Positions 29,629-38,424 of a DNA stretch of 64,000 nt are shown here, piece after piece (positions within the stretch are counted from its first letter, which is position 1; every line of letters starts with the position of its first letter). The notes under the pieces are model-generated. The model made no database searches and was not told the origin of the DNA. It saw only the letters and a program-made list of their open reading frames with translations. This DNA comes from a virus. The stretch spans positions 1 through 64,000 of IMG/VR virus record IMGVR_UViG_3300032053_000013, one strand, 5' to 3'. The translations under genes and the position numbers were made by a program.

Positions 29629-30245
29629 GAGTGCGACTCGTGTTCGCCAGGAAGGACGACTCGATCATCTCCAGGGCGATCTGCTGGTTCAGCCAGCGGA
29701 GGCGGGCGCCCGAGCGGAGGTGCTCCCATGTCATGGTGAAGTTCCAGCCGGGCGGGGTCTACGAGGGGGACTGGGCCTGCTTCGAGGCGATGGAACGAGG
29801 GGTGTGGGCGAGCCCCTACGACGTGGCCCTTGGGAAGCAGACCGTGGTGGCGGAGTTCGAGGCCGTGGTCTCGGACGACGCTGCCTACAAGGCCATGCGG
29901 GTCGCGCTCAACCGCTACCTCTCCTGGTACTACGACTTCTACGGGATCGGCCTCTGGGCCGTCTGGATCCTGGCGAGGCGGTGGTTCTGGACGCCCCTCC
30001 ACTGGCTCGGGGTAACCTTCCGGCCGGGGACGGCGAGCAAGGCGCTGTTCTGCTCCGGGCTCGCCCTCCAGGTCGTCAAACTCATGGAGCAGATGGACCC
30101 GTCGGCCGACCTCGGGATGAGGGGCCTGACCGCCAGGACGTCCACACCGCAGAACGAGATCGACGTCTGCTTCGACAGCCCGAAGGGGTGGAGGGAGGTC
30201 AAGACGGAGGAGAGGCTCCAGGAGGCCCTCTCCGCCAAACCTTGA
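29625..30245 (+). CDS. Permuted papain-like (YiiX/YaeF-type NlpC/P60) amidase/peptidase
   Basis: N-terminal CSHV (His), FEA, YDF.G, C-terminal LFCSGL (Cys). Confidence 0.7.
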   Translation: MRVRLVFARKDDSIISRAICWFSQRRRAPERRCSHVMVKFQPGGVYEGDWACFEAMERGVWASPYDVALGKQTVVAEFEAVVSDDAAYKAMRVALNRYLSWYYDFYGIGLWAVWILARRWFWTPLHWLGVTFRPGTASKALFCSGLALQVVKLMEQMDPSADLGMRGLTARTSTPQNEIDVCFDSPKGWREVKTEERLQEALSAKP

Positions 30246-30270
30246 CGCAAACGACGCGGGGGGATACGTT
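30242..30270 (+). promoter_or_regulatory. Putative promoter TTGACG-N17-TACGTT upstream of the portal operon
   Basis: Canonical spacing, intergenic. Confidence 0.55.
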
Positions 30271-30295
30271 AGGATTGTCTTTTGGGGAGTCGACG

Positions 30296-30649
30296 ATGGG
30301 AGCCTCCGAAGGGACCTACCAGCCGGAACGCGGCTTCATGAGCGGGGCCGGGGACTTCGAGATCGTGGCGGGGGCGCGGTACCACCCCTACCGCCTCGCC
30401 ACGATCCTCTGGGAGCGCAAGAATGTCACCCCGGTCGACATCTTCATCGAGGTGCTCGACGGGGACAAGGTCTACGGGGTCGACCAGGTGCTCGGCTGCG
30501 CCTGCAAGCTCTACGCGTGGCCGAACTCCGCGAGTCCCTTTCATGTCTGTCTCGTGCCTGACATGCGGGTGCGGTTCCGAGTGACCGGGGCCGTTGCCGG
30601 TGAGGTGCAGTCCGCCGTCATCGTGTGGGCGGAGCTGGGGGCCATCTGA
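30296..30649 (+). CDS. Hypothetical protein
   Basis: GGGAG RBS, directly before portal. Confidence 0.7.
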   Translation: MGASEGTYQPERGFMSGAGDFEIVAGARYHPYRLATILWERKNVTPVDIFIEVLDGDKVYGVDQVLGCACKLYAWPNSASPFHVCLVPDMRVRFRVTGAVAGEVQSAVIVWAELGAI

Positions 30650-30669
30650 CCCAAGGTTTGGGGGATACC

Positions 30670-32733
30670 ATGGAAGAAGGGATCAAGGAGACGCTCGGGG
30701 AGGCCCTGGTGGCCAAGGACGTCGGGCCCGAGAGCCTGGAGAGCATGGTGAAGGTTCTCCTCATCGGGGGCAACGACGTCGAGAAGGCGCGGAAGGAGGG
30801 CGGAGGCGACGAGGCCACGCCGGTCTCGAAGCAGCTCGGGGACTTCCAGCAGATAGTCGGGGAGTTCGTCCCGCCGCCGTTCAACCCCGGAATCTGGGCG
30901 CAGACACTCAAGATCAACACACGCCTCGCCAGGTGCATCCGGTCGTTCGCGAGGAACACCGTCGGGCTCGGGTGGGCCATCGAGCCGGTCCACACGATCA
31001 CGGAGGAGACGCCGGAGGAGGACAAGAAGGCGGTCGCGGAGCAGACCGAGGCCCTCCGGAAGTTCTTCGGCTACCCGAACCCGCTGATGCCGCTCACCGA
31101 GATCTTCTACCTGGAGAAGGTGGACGAGGAGGCGACGGGCAACGGGTACGTCGAGGTGGTGAGGAACAACGCGGGAAGGATCGTCCGGATGTTCCACGTG
31201 CCGTCGGTGACCATCCGCAAGCGGATCATCAAGGAGGGGAACCAGAGCGTGGTCTCCGGCTTCGTCCAGATCCGCGGGAGCCAGAAGAGGTACTTCAAGG
31301 ACTTCGGGGACAAAAAGGTCGTGGACGCGTTCTCGGGTAAGGCCTACGAGGGCCAGGGCGCGCTCCCGGCAGAAAAGCGGGCCACCGAGATCCTGCACTT
31401 CCTCATCTACGACCCGGGCAGCTCCTACTACGGGGCCCCGAGGTACACGCCCGCGGCGACGGCCATCGCCGGGAACCGGCAGGCGGCCATCAGGAACGTC
31501 AACTTCTTCGAGAACGACGCCGTCCCCCGCATGGCCCTCCTCGTGTCCGGTGGAAAGATCAACGCGGAGTCTATGCAGCAGATCGAGGACTTCGTGCGGG
31601 CCAAGGGGCGCGGGGTGGAGAACGCGCACCGGGTCATGATCGTCCAGGTCGAGCCCCTCAAGGTCGGGTTCCAGCAGCAGAACAAGGTCCAGGTCGAGCT
31701 GAAGCCCCTGACCGTCGGGGTCACCGAGGACGCCTCCTTCTCGCAGTACCGAGAGGCGAACGACGAGGAGGTCCGCGAGATCTTCGGGCTCGGGCAGATC
31801 TTCTTCAAGGCCGAGGGCGCGAACAGGGCGAACGCCCAGGTGTCGAGGGAGATCACCAACGAGCAGGAGCTGGAGCCGGACCGCCTGTCGAAGGAGTACG
31901 TGATCAACCAGACCATCGTCGAGGACATCCTCTTCCAGCTCATGGGGGCGACGGGCGACGAGACGGACGAGGAGGTCGAGGAGTTCAGGAAGAAGGTCCA
32001 CGTCCGGTTCCGCTTCGCCAGGCTCACGCTGACCGACCCGCTCGACGAGGCGAGGATGAACCAGATCTACGCATCCCTCGGCGCCATCACGCCGAACGAG
32101 ATGCGGGAGAGCATGGGCAAGGCACCGTACCCGAAGGACTACTTCTTCGCGGACAAGCCCCTCGCCATCGCCATGGCCGAGCTCACCGCGGGGCTCGCCC
32201 TGGCGATCTCGCAGAAGGAGGAGGAGGCGCCGCCGCAGCAGGGGATGCCCGGCATGGCCCCCGGCATGGAGGAGCAGCCCGGGGGGGAGCCCGCGCCCGA
32301 CTGGTACGACGAGGGAGGGGAGGAGGGCGGGGAGCCCGCCGAGGAGGGCGGGGAGCCGCTGCCGGACTGGTGGGAGGGGCAGAGGAGGGAGCGGCTCGGG
32401 TCGGTCCCGCCCGCCGCGGGGCAGCCGCCGGTTCCTGGGACGCTGCCGCTGCCGCCGCCGACCGGGCTGCCCGGGGCGCAGAACGCCCCCGGCATGGAGA
32501 CGCTCCCCCAGCCGGGCTCCTTCCAGAAGCCGCCGAGGAAGCCGAGGGTGCCGAAACCAACGAAGGGTATTGCGTCCCTCCACGGGGCGCGGGTATCATC
32601 GAGGAAGTACAAGTCTCTTACGCCGGATCCCCGAGCGATGGGGATCCTGATGGAGCTCATGAGCGACGTGCGGAGGTTCGCCCTCTCCTGGGCGGGCCTC
32701 TCGGGGGGAGAAGGAAATGGACAAGACCGCTGA
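30670..32733 (+). CDS. Portal protein (PBSX/HK97-like) with long Pro/Glu-rich C-terminal tail
   Basis: DEEATGNGYVEVVRN..GRI..MFHVP, EILHF..YDP.SSYYG.P, NFFENDAVP, AITPNEMR. Confidence 0.9.
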   Translation: MEEGIKETLGEALVAKDVGPESLESMVKVLLIGGNDVEKARKEGGGDEATPVSKQLGDFQQIVGEFVPPPFNPGIWAQTLKINTRLARCIRSFARNTVGLGWAIEPVHTITEETPEEDKKAVAEQTEALRKFFGYPNPLMPLTEIFYLEKVDEEATGNGYVEVVRNNAGRIVRMFHVPSVTIRKRIIKEGNQSVVSGFVQIRGSQKRYFKDFGDKKVVDAFSGKAYEGQGALPAEKRATEILHFLIYDPGSSYYGAPRYTPAATAIAGNRQAAIRNVNFFENDAVPRMALLVSGGKINAESMQQIEDFVRAKGRGVENAHRVMIVQVEPLKVGFQQQNKVQVELKPLTVGVTEDASFSQYREANDEEVREIFGLGQIFFKAEGANRANAQVSREITNEQELEPDRLSKEYVINQTIVEDILFQLMGATGDETDEEVEEFRKKVHVRFRFARLTLTDPLDEARMNQIYASLGAITPNEMRESMGKAPYPKDYFFADKPLAIAMAELTAGLALAISQKEEEAPPQQGMPGMAPGMEEQPGGEPAPDWYDEGGEEGGEPAEEGGEPLPDWWEGQRRERLGSVPPAAGQPPVPGTLPLPPPTGLPGAQNAPGMETLPQPGSFQKPPRKPRVPKPTKGIASLHGARVSSRKYKSLTPDPRAMGILMELMSDVRRFALSWAGLSGGEGNGQDR
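32570..32599 (+). promoter_or_regulatory. Putative promoter TTGCGT-N18-TATCAT inside the portal 3' end
   Basis: AT-rich patch just upstream of the protease gene. Confidence 0.45.
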
Positions 32734-34462
32734 GGCGACGGACGTCCGCAACGACGTGCAGTTCTCCTTCGACGCGGTGTGCGAGAAGGCGTGGCAGGAC
32801 GACAAGGGAAAGATGTTCGTCAGGGCCGTGGCCTCCGACGACCGTCTCGACCTCCAGCGCGACCGCATGAGCAACACCGCCCTGAGGAAGATGGCCGACG
32901 CGGCCAAGGCCGGCGTCCCCTTCCTGGAGACGCACCGCTCCGTGTTCGAGTTCGGGCGCACGGTGGGCGGGGACGTGGTGGACTTCGAGGAGGGCGGGAA
33001 GAAGGTCCAGAAGTTCGTGGTGGACGTGGAGCTGGACGGGGACTTCCCCCAGGCCAGGAAGCTCTTCAAGGAGGTGGCCGGGAAGACCTGCAAGCGCCAG
33101 CTCTCCATCGGCGGGAAGCTGAACCTCAAGAACAAGGAGTCCGTCCACGTCGAGATGACGCCGACCGGGCTCGCCCGCACGATCAACGACCTCGACCTCG
33201 ACCACATCGCCTCGACGCGGGAGAGCCAGGCGGCCAACCCGAGGACCTCCTTCACCGAGGCGATCTCGAAGGCGATCGACGAACATGAAAAAGGTCTTGC
33301 AAAAGAAATTGGGGGCGATCACAATGTACCGCAGATCCAGTTTTCACCTGAGGTGCTGGCTGCTTTCAAGCAGGTGGTCGAGATGGCCAAAGTTGGAGGC
33401 ATGAACATGGATAAGGTTCCGGAGACCCCGGCCACTCCGGCGACGCCCATGACGCCCGCCGAAACTCCCACGACTCCCGCGACCCCCGCGACCCCGAGCG
33501 AGACGGCCCCGGCCACCGAGGTCGCCTCCGAGAAGTGCGCGAAGGCCGCGACTCCCCGTAACACCGAGACCCCGAAGTCCCCGAAGACCCAGCCGGAGCA
33601 GGAGGCAGCCATGCCCGAGTCCAAGAAGTACGGACAGATGAAGGGCAGGGACGCCGCGACCGCCTGCGACCTCGCCAACGACATCGCGATCCTTCTCGCG
33701 AAGAAGAAGCCCTTCCCCGGCGCGGCCACCCCGTTCGGGTCCGAGGGGGAGAGCTCCGAGGACTCCGAGGAGATGACCGAGGAGGAGAAGGCGGTCGTCG
33801 ACTCCCTGTGGGCGACGCGCTTCGTCCTCGCGAAGGCCGTCTCCGGGGCGAGGCTCGGCGACGGGGAGAAGGCGTCCGTCTCCGACATCGTCGGTGCGGG
33901 CCCGTACGCCCCGCGCTCCGGCGCGAAGGGAACCAAGGGCCCGTTCATCCCCGACAAGGCCCCGAAGTCCGACACCACGGACATGGGCACGAGCGGGGTG
34001 ACCGACCACCGCAGGAACATCCAGGTCGGGGGCGAGATCAAGCCGACCGCCCCCACGGCGAAGTCGGCGCTGGACTTCACCCTCGACCAGCTCGAGGCGG
34101 CGAAGAAGATCCCGGCCGACCTCTCCACCTTCGGGAAGGCCCTGGGCGAGGAGATCGTCTCCAGGAACACCGAGATCACGAAGTCCATCATCGAGATGGT
34201 CGTCGAGAAGATGGCCACCGAGAGCGCGAGGTCCTCCACCGAGATCCAGAAGTCGGTCGAGGGGCTCGGGGACGTGGTCAACGACACCGCCAGGAAGATG
34301 GCCGCGATGGAGTCCCGGATCTCCAGGGTGGAGAAGGCCGGGGGCGTGAGCCAGAGCGGGCCGAAGGGCAAGGAAGACGTCGCCCCCGAGCGCGGGCGCA
34401 GGGGCGGAGTGTGGGGCGGCCTCTTCAACAGGGCCGCCGGGGACGCGCTGGCGAGGTACTAA
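32717..34462 (+). CDS. Prohead protease fused to scaffolding protein
   Basis: RAVASDDRLDLQRD, FLETH (His), LSIGG (Ser), LDHIA...ANPRT; C-terminal PEST-like and coiled-coil scaffold. Confidence 0.85.
   Translation: MDKTAEATDVRNDVQFSFDAVCEKAWQDDKGKMFVRAVASDDRLDLQRDRMSNTALRKMADAAKAGVPFLETHRSVFEFGRTVGGDVVDFEEGGKKVQKFVVDVELDGDFPQARKLFKEVAGKTCKRQLSIGGKLNLKNKESVHVEMTPTGLARTINDLDLDHIASTRESQAANPRTSFTEAISKAIDEHEKGLAKEIGGDHNVPQIQFSPEVLAAFKQVVEMAKVGGMNMDKVPETPATPATPMTPAETPTTPATPATPSETAPATEVASEKCAKAATPRNTETPKSPKTQPEQEAAMPESKKYGQMKGRDAATACDLANDIAILLAKKKPFPGAATPFGSEGESSEDSEEMTEEEKAVVDSLWATRFVLAKAVSGARLGDGEKASVSDIVGAGPYAPRSGAKGTKGPFIPDKAPKSDTTDMGTSGVTDHRRNIQVGGEIKPTAPTAKSALDFTLDQLEAAKKIPADLSTFGKALGEEIVSRNTEITKSIIEMVVEKMATESARSSTEIQKSVEGLGDVVNDTARKMAAMESRISRVEKAGGVSQSGPKGKEDVAPERGRRGGVWGGLFNRAAGDALARY
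33297..33325 (+). promoter_or_regulatory. Internal promoter TTGCAA-N17-CACAAT for nested scaffold ORF
   Basis: Conspicuous AT-rich stretch 33280-33370 within the CDS. Confidence 0.55.
33401..34462 (+). CDS. Nested in-frame scaffolding protein (internal start)
   Basis: GGAGG 33395-33399 before ATG 33401 and a second ATG at 33407, in frame with the protease. Confidence 0.55.
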   Translation: MNMDKVPETPATPATPMTPAETPTTPATPATPSETAPATEVASEKCAKAATPRNTETPKSPKTQPEQEAAMPESKKYGQMKGRDAATACDLANDIAILLAKKKPFPGAATPFGSEGESSEDSEEMTEEEKAVVDSLWATRFVLAKAVSGARLGDGEKASVSDIVGAGPYAPRSGAKGTKGPFIPDKAPKSDTTDMGTSGVTDHRRNIQVGGEIKPTAPTAKSALDFTLDQLEAAKKIPADLSTFGKALGEEIVSRNTEITKSIIEMVVEKMATESARSSTEIQKSVEGLGDVVNDTARKMAAMESRISRVEKAGGVSQSGPKGKEDVAPERGRRGGVWGGLFNRAAGDALARY

Positions 34463-34524
34463 GAGTCCGGCACGAGGAAGGTCGCCCCCGTTCGGGGCAT
34501 CAGATTTAGAAAAGAGGAGGATTC

Positions 34525-35925
34525 ATGGAGACGGCCGCTCAGGGAAGAGGGGTCGGCGGGCTGAACGAGGAGATGATCGAGAAGACGATCACCACGGGCG
34601 ACCTGCTGACAGGCGGTTTGCTGAACCCGATCCAGCAGACCCAGTTCATCACCCTCGTCAAGAAGTTCTCGGTGCTCCTGCCCATCAGCCGCTTCATCCG
34701 GATGCCGCGGCCGCTGATGGACGTGGACAAGCTCTGGATCGGGGAACCGGTCACGGAGTCCGTGGACGAGGCGACGGACACTGGCAACCTGGCCCGCGCC
34801 AAGTTCCAGCGCATCGTCCTCCGCGCCCAGAAGGTGCGGAGCGCCTGGAACATCACCACCGAGGTGCTCCAGGGGAACATCGAGCAGAACGAGTTCGAGC
34901 AGACCGTGATGAACACCATGGTCGAGAGGATCTCGACCGACCTCGAAGACCTCGCCATCAACGGCGACACCACCACGGTCGGGACCACGCCCCGCGACCG
35001 CCTGCTCCGCCGCCTCAACGGCTGGAACGTGGCGTCCGAGGGGGCGCACATCCTGGACGCCAAGGGGTCGAGCATCCAGAAGGGGCTCTTCTCCGAGATG
35101 AAGCGCCGGATGCCGAAGCAGTACAAGAACGACCCCGGCCTGCGCTGGCTGGTGGGCGACGCCATCGCCACCGACTGGGCGGACGTGGTCTCCGACCGCG
35201 GCACGATCCTCGGCGACGCCGCCCTCCAGGGCGCCGAGATGGCCCCGCTGGGCACCCCGATGATCCGCGTCCCGCTGATCCCGGACGACGCCCCGATCAC
35301 CATCCTCCAGGCGACCCGCGGCGAGTTCCTGGGCGCGGAGTTCGGCCCGTTCGTCATCTCCTCGACGAACGACACGATCAAGATGCAGGTGGACGGCGCC
35401 CCGGGCCCCGGAGTCACGATCGTGCTGACCCACGGGACGCTGAACACGGTCGAGGTCGCCAGGCAGATCAACGCCGCCCTGAAGGCCGCGATCGCCACCC
35501 TCGTCCAGGACGTGGCCCGCGACGACCGCGAAGGCCGCCTCCTGATGGAGAGCCCGGTGGTGGGTGCCGCGAGCTCGATCACCCTCATGTCGGTGGCGAC
35601 GGGCGTGCAGGCCTACACCACGCTCGGCCTCCTCGGCGCTCCCCCGTTCCCCGGACCGCCGCCGTTCTGGCCGGTGGCGAACGTCACCCACAGCGGCGCG
35701 GCGGCCGGCACGGCCAACACGGTGTACGAGGGGTCGTACATCTGGCTGGTGAACCCGAAGAACTTCGTGTGGGGCATCCTCGACGGGACCCGCATCTTCA
35801 CGGAGTTCAACAAGAACACCGACCAGATCGAGACGATCGTGTACAACCAGGTGGACGCCCAGGTCGAGAACGTCGACGCCTGCGTCAAGGCGAAGAACAT
35901 CCGGCGCCGCACGCTGGTCATCTGA
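34525..35925 (+). CDS. Major capsid protein (HK97 fold) with a ~150 aa insertion
   Basis: GAGGAGG RBS; IEKTITTGDLLTGGLLNPIQQTQFI, DLEDLAINGD, LVNPKNFVWGI; followed by a terminator. Confidence 0.9.
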   Translation: METAAQGRGVGGLNEEMIEKTITTGDLLTGGLLNPIQQTQFITLVKKFSVLLPISRFIRMPRPLMDVDKLWIGEPVTESVDEATDTGNLARAKFQRIVLRAQKVRSAWNITTEVLQGNIEQNEFEQTVMNTMVERISTDLEDLAINGDTTTVGTTPRDRLLRRLNGWNVASEGAHILDAKGSSIQKGLFSEMKRRMPKQYKNDPGLRWLVGDAIATDWADVVSDRGTILGDAALQGAEMAPLGTPMIRVPLIPDDAPITILQATRGEFLGAEFGPFVISSTNDTIKMQVDGAPGPGVTIVLTHGTLNTVEVARQINAALKAAIATLVQDVARDDREGRLLMESPVVGAASSITLMSVATGVQAYTTLGLLGAPPFPGPPPFWPVANVTHSGAAAGTANTVYEGSYIWLVNPKNFVWGILDGTRIFTEFNKNTDQIETIVYNQVDAQVENVDACVKAKNIRRRTLVI

Positions 35926-35951
35926 TCGGCCACGGACACCATGAATCCGAG

Positions 35952-35995
35952 ACGGCAGGTCGGCCCCGGAAGGGGTTGGCCTGCCGTTTTTGTTT
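35952..35995 (+). terminator. Intrinsic terminator after major capsid gene
   Basis: ACGGCAGGTCGGCCCC-GGAA-GGGGTTGGCCTGCCGT followed by TTTTGTTT. Confidence 0.9.
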
Positions 35996-36000
35996 CGGTC

Positions 36001-36029
36001 TGGACGGTCCCCGGCGCGGCGTGTAGGAT
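36001..36029 (+). promoter_or_regulatory. Putative promoter TGGACG-N17-TAGGAT restarting the neck genes
   Basis: Canonical spacing directly after the terminator. Confidence 0.45.
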
Positions 36030-36048
36030 GGGGTGAGGAGGTCCTTAC

Positions 36049-36432
36049 ATGCCGAGGTACTTCGTGTACCGGTACGGAGGGGTCCGCCAGGTCATAGGGC
36101 CGGGCAGCGGACTCGCGTACACCTTCTCGATGGACACCGTCACCACGGTGGGCGACGAGAGGGACGCGGAGATATTCCTGCACATGGGGTCCCCGGACAG
36201 CGGGTTCTACCTGTTCCGGGAGACGGACCAGTACGGGAACCCGGTCGGGCCGTTCCCCCCGGTGGACCCGGCGAGGCGCCAGAGCATGATCGACCCGAAG
36301 AGGTTCCCGTCGGACAGGATGTCGGGGAGCGTGAGGGCGTGGAGGGTGGCGACCGAGGACATGGCGGACCCAACCCTCTATTTCCACTTCGTCCGCAGGA
36401 AGATGAACTTCGGGCGGGGGGAGCAGTCGTAG
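36049..36432 (+). CDS. Hypothetical virion protein
   Basis: GAGGAGG RBS. Confidence 0.75.
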   Translation: MPRYFVYRYGGVRQVIGPGSGLAYTFSMDTVTTVGDERDAEIFLHMGSPDSGFYLFRETDQYGNPVGPFPPVDPARRQSMIDPKRFPSDRMSGSVRAWRVATEDMADPTLYFHFVRRKMNFGRGEQS

Positions 36433-36442
36433 GAGGGGCCTC

Positions 36443-37402
36443 ATGCCCGCAGGATTCGCCTCTGGGCTCCACACGGCCTTCGCCTACGTCACCATCGAGC
36501 AGGTGAGGGCGAACGGCATCCCGGACACCCTCATCGGGGACAACAAGCTCCGGTCCCTCATCCGGCTGGTGAGCCACTGGATCAACAAGATCACCGACCA
36601 ATGGTTCCTCCCCGTCAGGCTGCGCGAGAGGACGGACGGGTCCGACAGCGCCGTCGCCAGGATCCCCAACCTCATCCCCATCCTGGAGCTCTTCAACCTG
36701 ATCCTGGAGAAGCCGGGGCTCTTCTCGATGGTCATGCCCGACGTGGCGTACATGGTGAAGCAGCGGTACGTCATGATGCTCGACCGGCACATCAGGCTGC
36801 CCATGCAGCCGCACTTCGTCGTGCTGGACGGGGTGTTCGGGTGGCTGGTCGACGACTACGTGAAGGCGAAGACGAGGACGGTCCAGCCCCTGGTCGTGTC
36901 CAACGCTGACATCACGGGAATCCCCGACCCGAAGGAGATCTTCGTGGACAGCGTGGACGGGTTCGCCGTGGGGGACGCCATCCTTATCGGTAACGACCCG
37001 GAGCCGAAGTCCTACCCAGGCATCGTGACCGGCGTCATCGACACGCCCCCGCTCAAGGTGGTCTTCGAGCCCATCGTCCCCTTCAGCCTCCCCGCCGGGG
37101 TGGCGGTGTCGAGGTACGGGAGGGTGCCGGACCTGATCCAGTACGCGGCCATGCTCCTCATCAGGGACAAGATCCAGGGAGGGTGGGGGAACGTCGGGAG
37201 CTACGACACATCCGAGTCCCCCGGGGGGATCGGGACCAGGCTGAACAGCGAGTCGGTCGAGGGGTACTCCTACTCCCTGTCGCCCCTGAAGGCGATCAAC
37301 GGGCCGGGAGGGGGGGCCATGACGACGGGCAACGCAGAGGTGGACGACATCCTCTACCAGTTCACCTCCAGCTCCGGCGGACTCTACGTGGGGTACGCGT
37401 AA
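36443..37402 (+). CDS. Head-tail adaptor/connector with inserted domain
   Basis: YVTIEQVR start, VP..IQYAA, SESVEGYSYS C-terminal motif. Confidence 0.75.
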   Translation: MPAGFASGLHTAFAYVTIEQVRANGIPDTLIGDNKLRSLIRLVSHWINKITDQWFLPVRLRERTDGSDSAVARIPNLIPILELFNLILEKPGLFSMVMPDVAYMVKQRYVMMLDRHIRLPMQPHFVVLDGVFGWLVDDYVKAKTRTVQPLVVSNADITGIPDPKEIFVDSVDGFAVGDAILIGNDPEPKSYPGIVTGVIDTPPLKVVFEPIVPFSLPAGVAVSRYGRVPDLIQYAAMLLIRDKIQGGWGNVGSYDTSESPGGIGTRLNSESVEGYSYSLSPLKAINGPGGGAMTTGNAEVDDILYQFTSSSGGLYVGYA

Positions 37403-37403
37403 G

Positions 37404-37847
37404 ATGCTTCCCTTCACCTCGGGGAACCCGGTGAGGATCAACCGGATCAAGGTGGGGATCCGGGTGCTCTCCGTGTCTAACACGGTGAAGGACGCGGACT
37501 ACCGCGAGGCCAAGGAGAACCGCGTCTACTCCGACCCCGTAGAGGTCATCGGGCAGTGGGTGGGGGGCGAGTCCTCGTTCAAGCTGGAGCGCACCATGAC
37601 GGGCGACTCCCTCCCGACCACGGGGCACATCGTCTTCCGGTTCAAGGAGCTCGACGCCGTCCAGCCCGGCTTCCTCCCGAAGAAGGGGGACCGGGTCGTG
37701 TCGGTCAACGGGATCCCGTCGGAGTGGACCATCATCAAGGCCTCGAAGGGCAGCCCCCTCTACGGGAACCGCACCAAGTCCTTCGCGAGGCCGATCCTGC
37801 TCCACGTCGACCTGGAGCAGACGAGGAAGAAGTTCGGGTCCATCTGA
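37404..37847 (+). CDS. Head closure/stopper protein
   Basis: Position and size; GHIVFR...PKKGDRV pattern. Confidence 0.6.
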   Translation: MLPFTSGNPVRINRIKVGIRVLSVSNTVKDADYREAKENRVYSDPVEVIGQWVGGESSFKLERTMTGDSLPTTGHIVFRFKELDAVQPGFLPKKGDRVVSVNGIPSEWTIIKASKGSPLYGNRTKSFARPILLHVDLEQTRKKFGSI

Positions 37848-37850
37848 GGC

Positions 37851-37867
37851 GCGCATGCCGTATGCGC
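37851..37867. promoter_or_regulatory. 17-bp palindrome variant GCGCATGCCGTATGCGC, copy 3
   Basis: Its reverse complement differs by one base from the 16658/46740 palindrome; again just after a stop codon. Confidence 0.6.
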
Positions 37868-38424
37868 GTAAGGCCGTGGCGTTCTCCATCAGGATCGCCC
37901 CGAGGGGCAAGTACGAGAAGCTCATCCGGGACCTCGGGAAGGTCGAGAAGATCCTGGAGGGGGAGAGGACGGACGCGGCCCTCCGGGAGCTGGCGACGGC
38001 CGGGAAGGACTTCATCGTCGACGGCATCAAGAACGGGCGGGAGGGCTGGCACCAACTGAACGAGATCACGAAGAGGCTGAAGGGCGGGGGGGACGTCCTG
38101 ATCGACTCCGGCTCGTTCATGGGCGCGATGTCGGTCTGGAAGGAGGGGAAGAGGTGGTTCGGGGGGCTCCCCAGCGGGGTCAAGGGGGACAAGGGGCAGG
38201 ACCTGAACCTCGTGGGCCTGGTGCACGAGTGGGGCGCGACGGTGCCGGTAACGGACGCGATGAGGGGCTTCTTCCTGGCCAACGGGGTCCCGCTCCGGCC
38301 GGAGACGACCCACCTCACCATCCCGCCGAGGCCGTGGTTCGCCCCCGCGGTCGTCGAGCTCCACGCGTTCGCGGGGGAGGTGCTGCGGCCCCTGATCGAC
38401 TCCCTTCTTGAGGAGATAGGGTAG
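37855..38424 (+). CDS. Neck protein (HK97 gp10/Mu gpG-like); start may be 37876
   Basis: LIDSG..M, VHEWGAT, IPPRPWF motifs. Confidence 0.75.
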   Translation: MPYARKAVAFSIRIAPRGKYEKLIRDLGKVEKILEGERTDAALRELATAGKDFIVDGIKNGREGWHQLNEITKRLKGGGDVLIDSGSFMGAMSVWKEGKRWFGGLPSGVKGDKGQDLNLVGLVHEWGATVPVTDAMRGFFLANGVPLRPETTHLTIPPRPWFAPAVVELHAFAGEVLRPLIDSLLEEIG

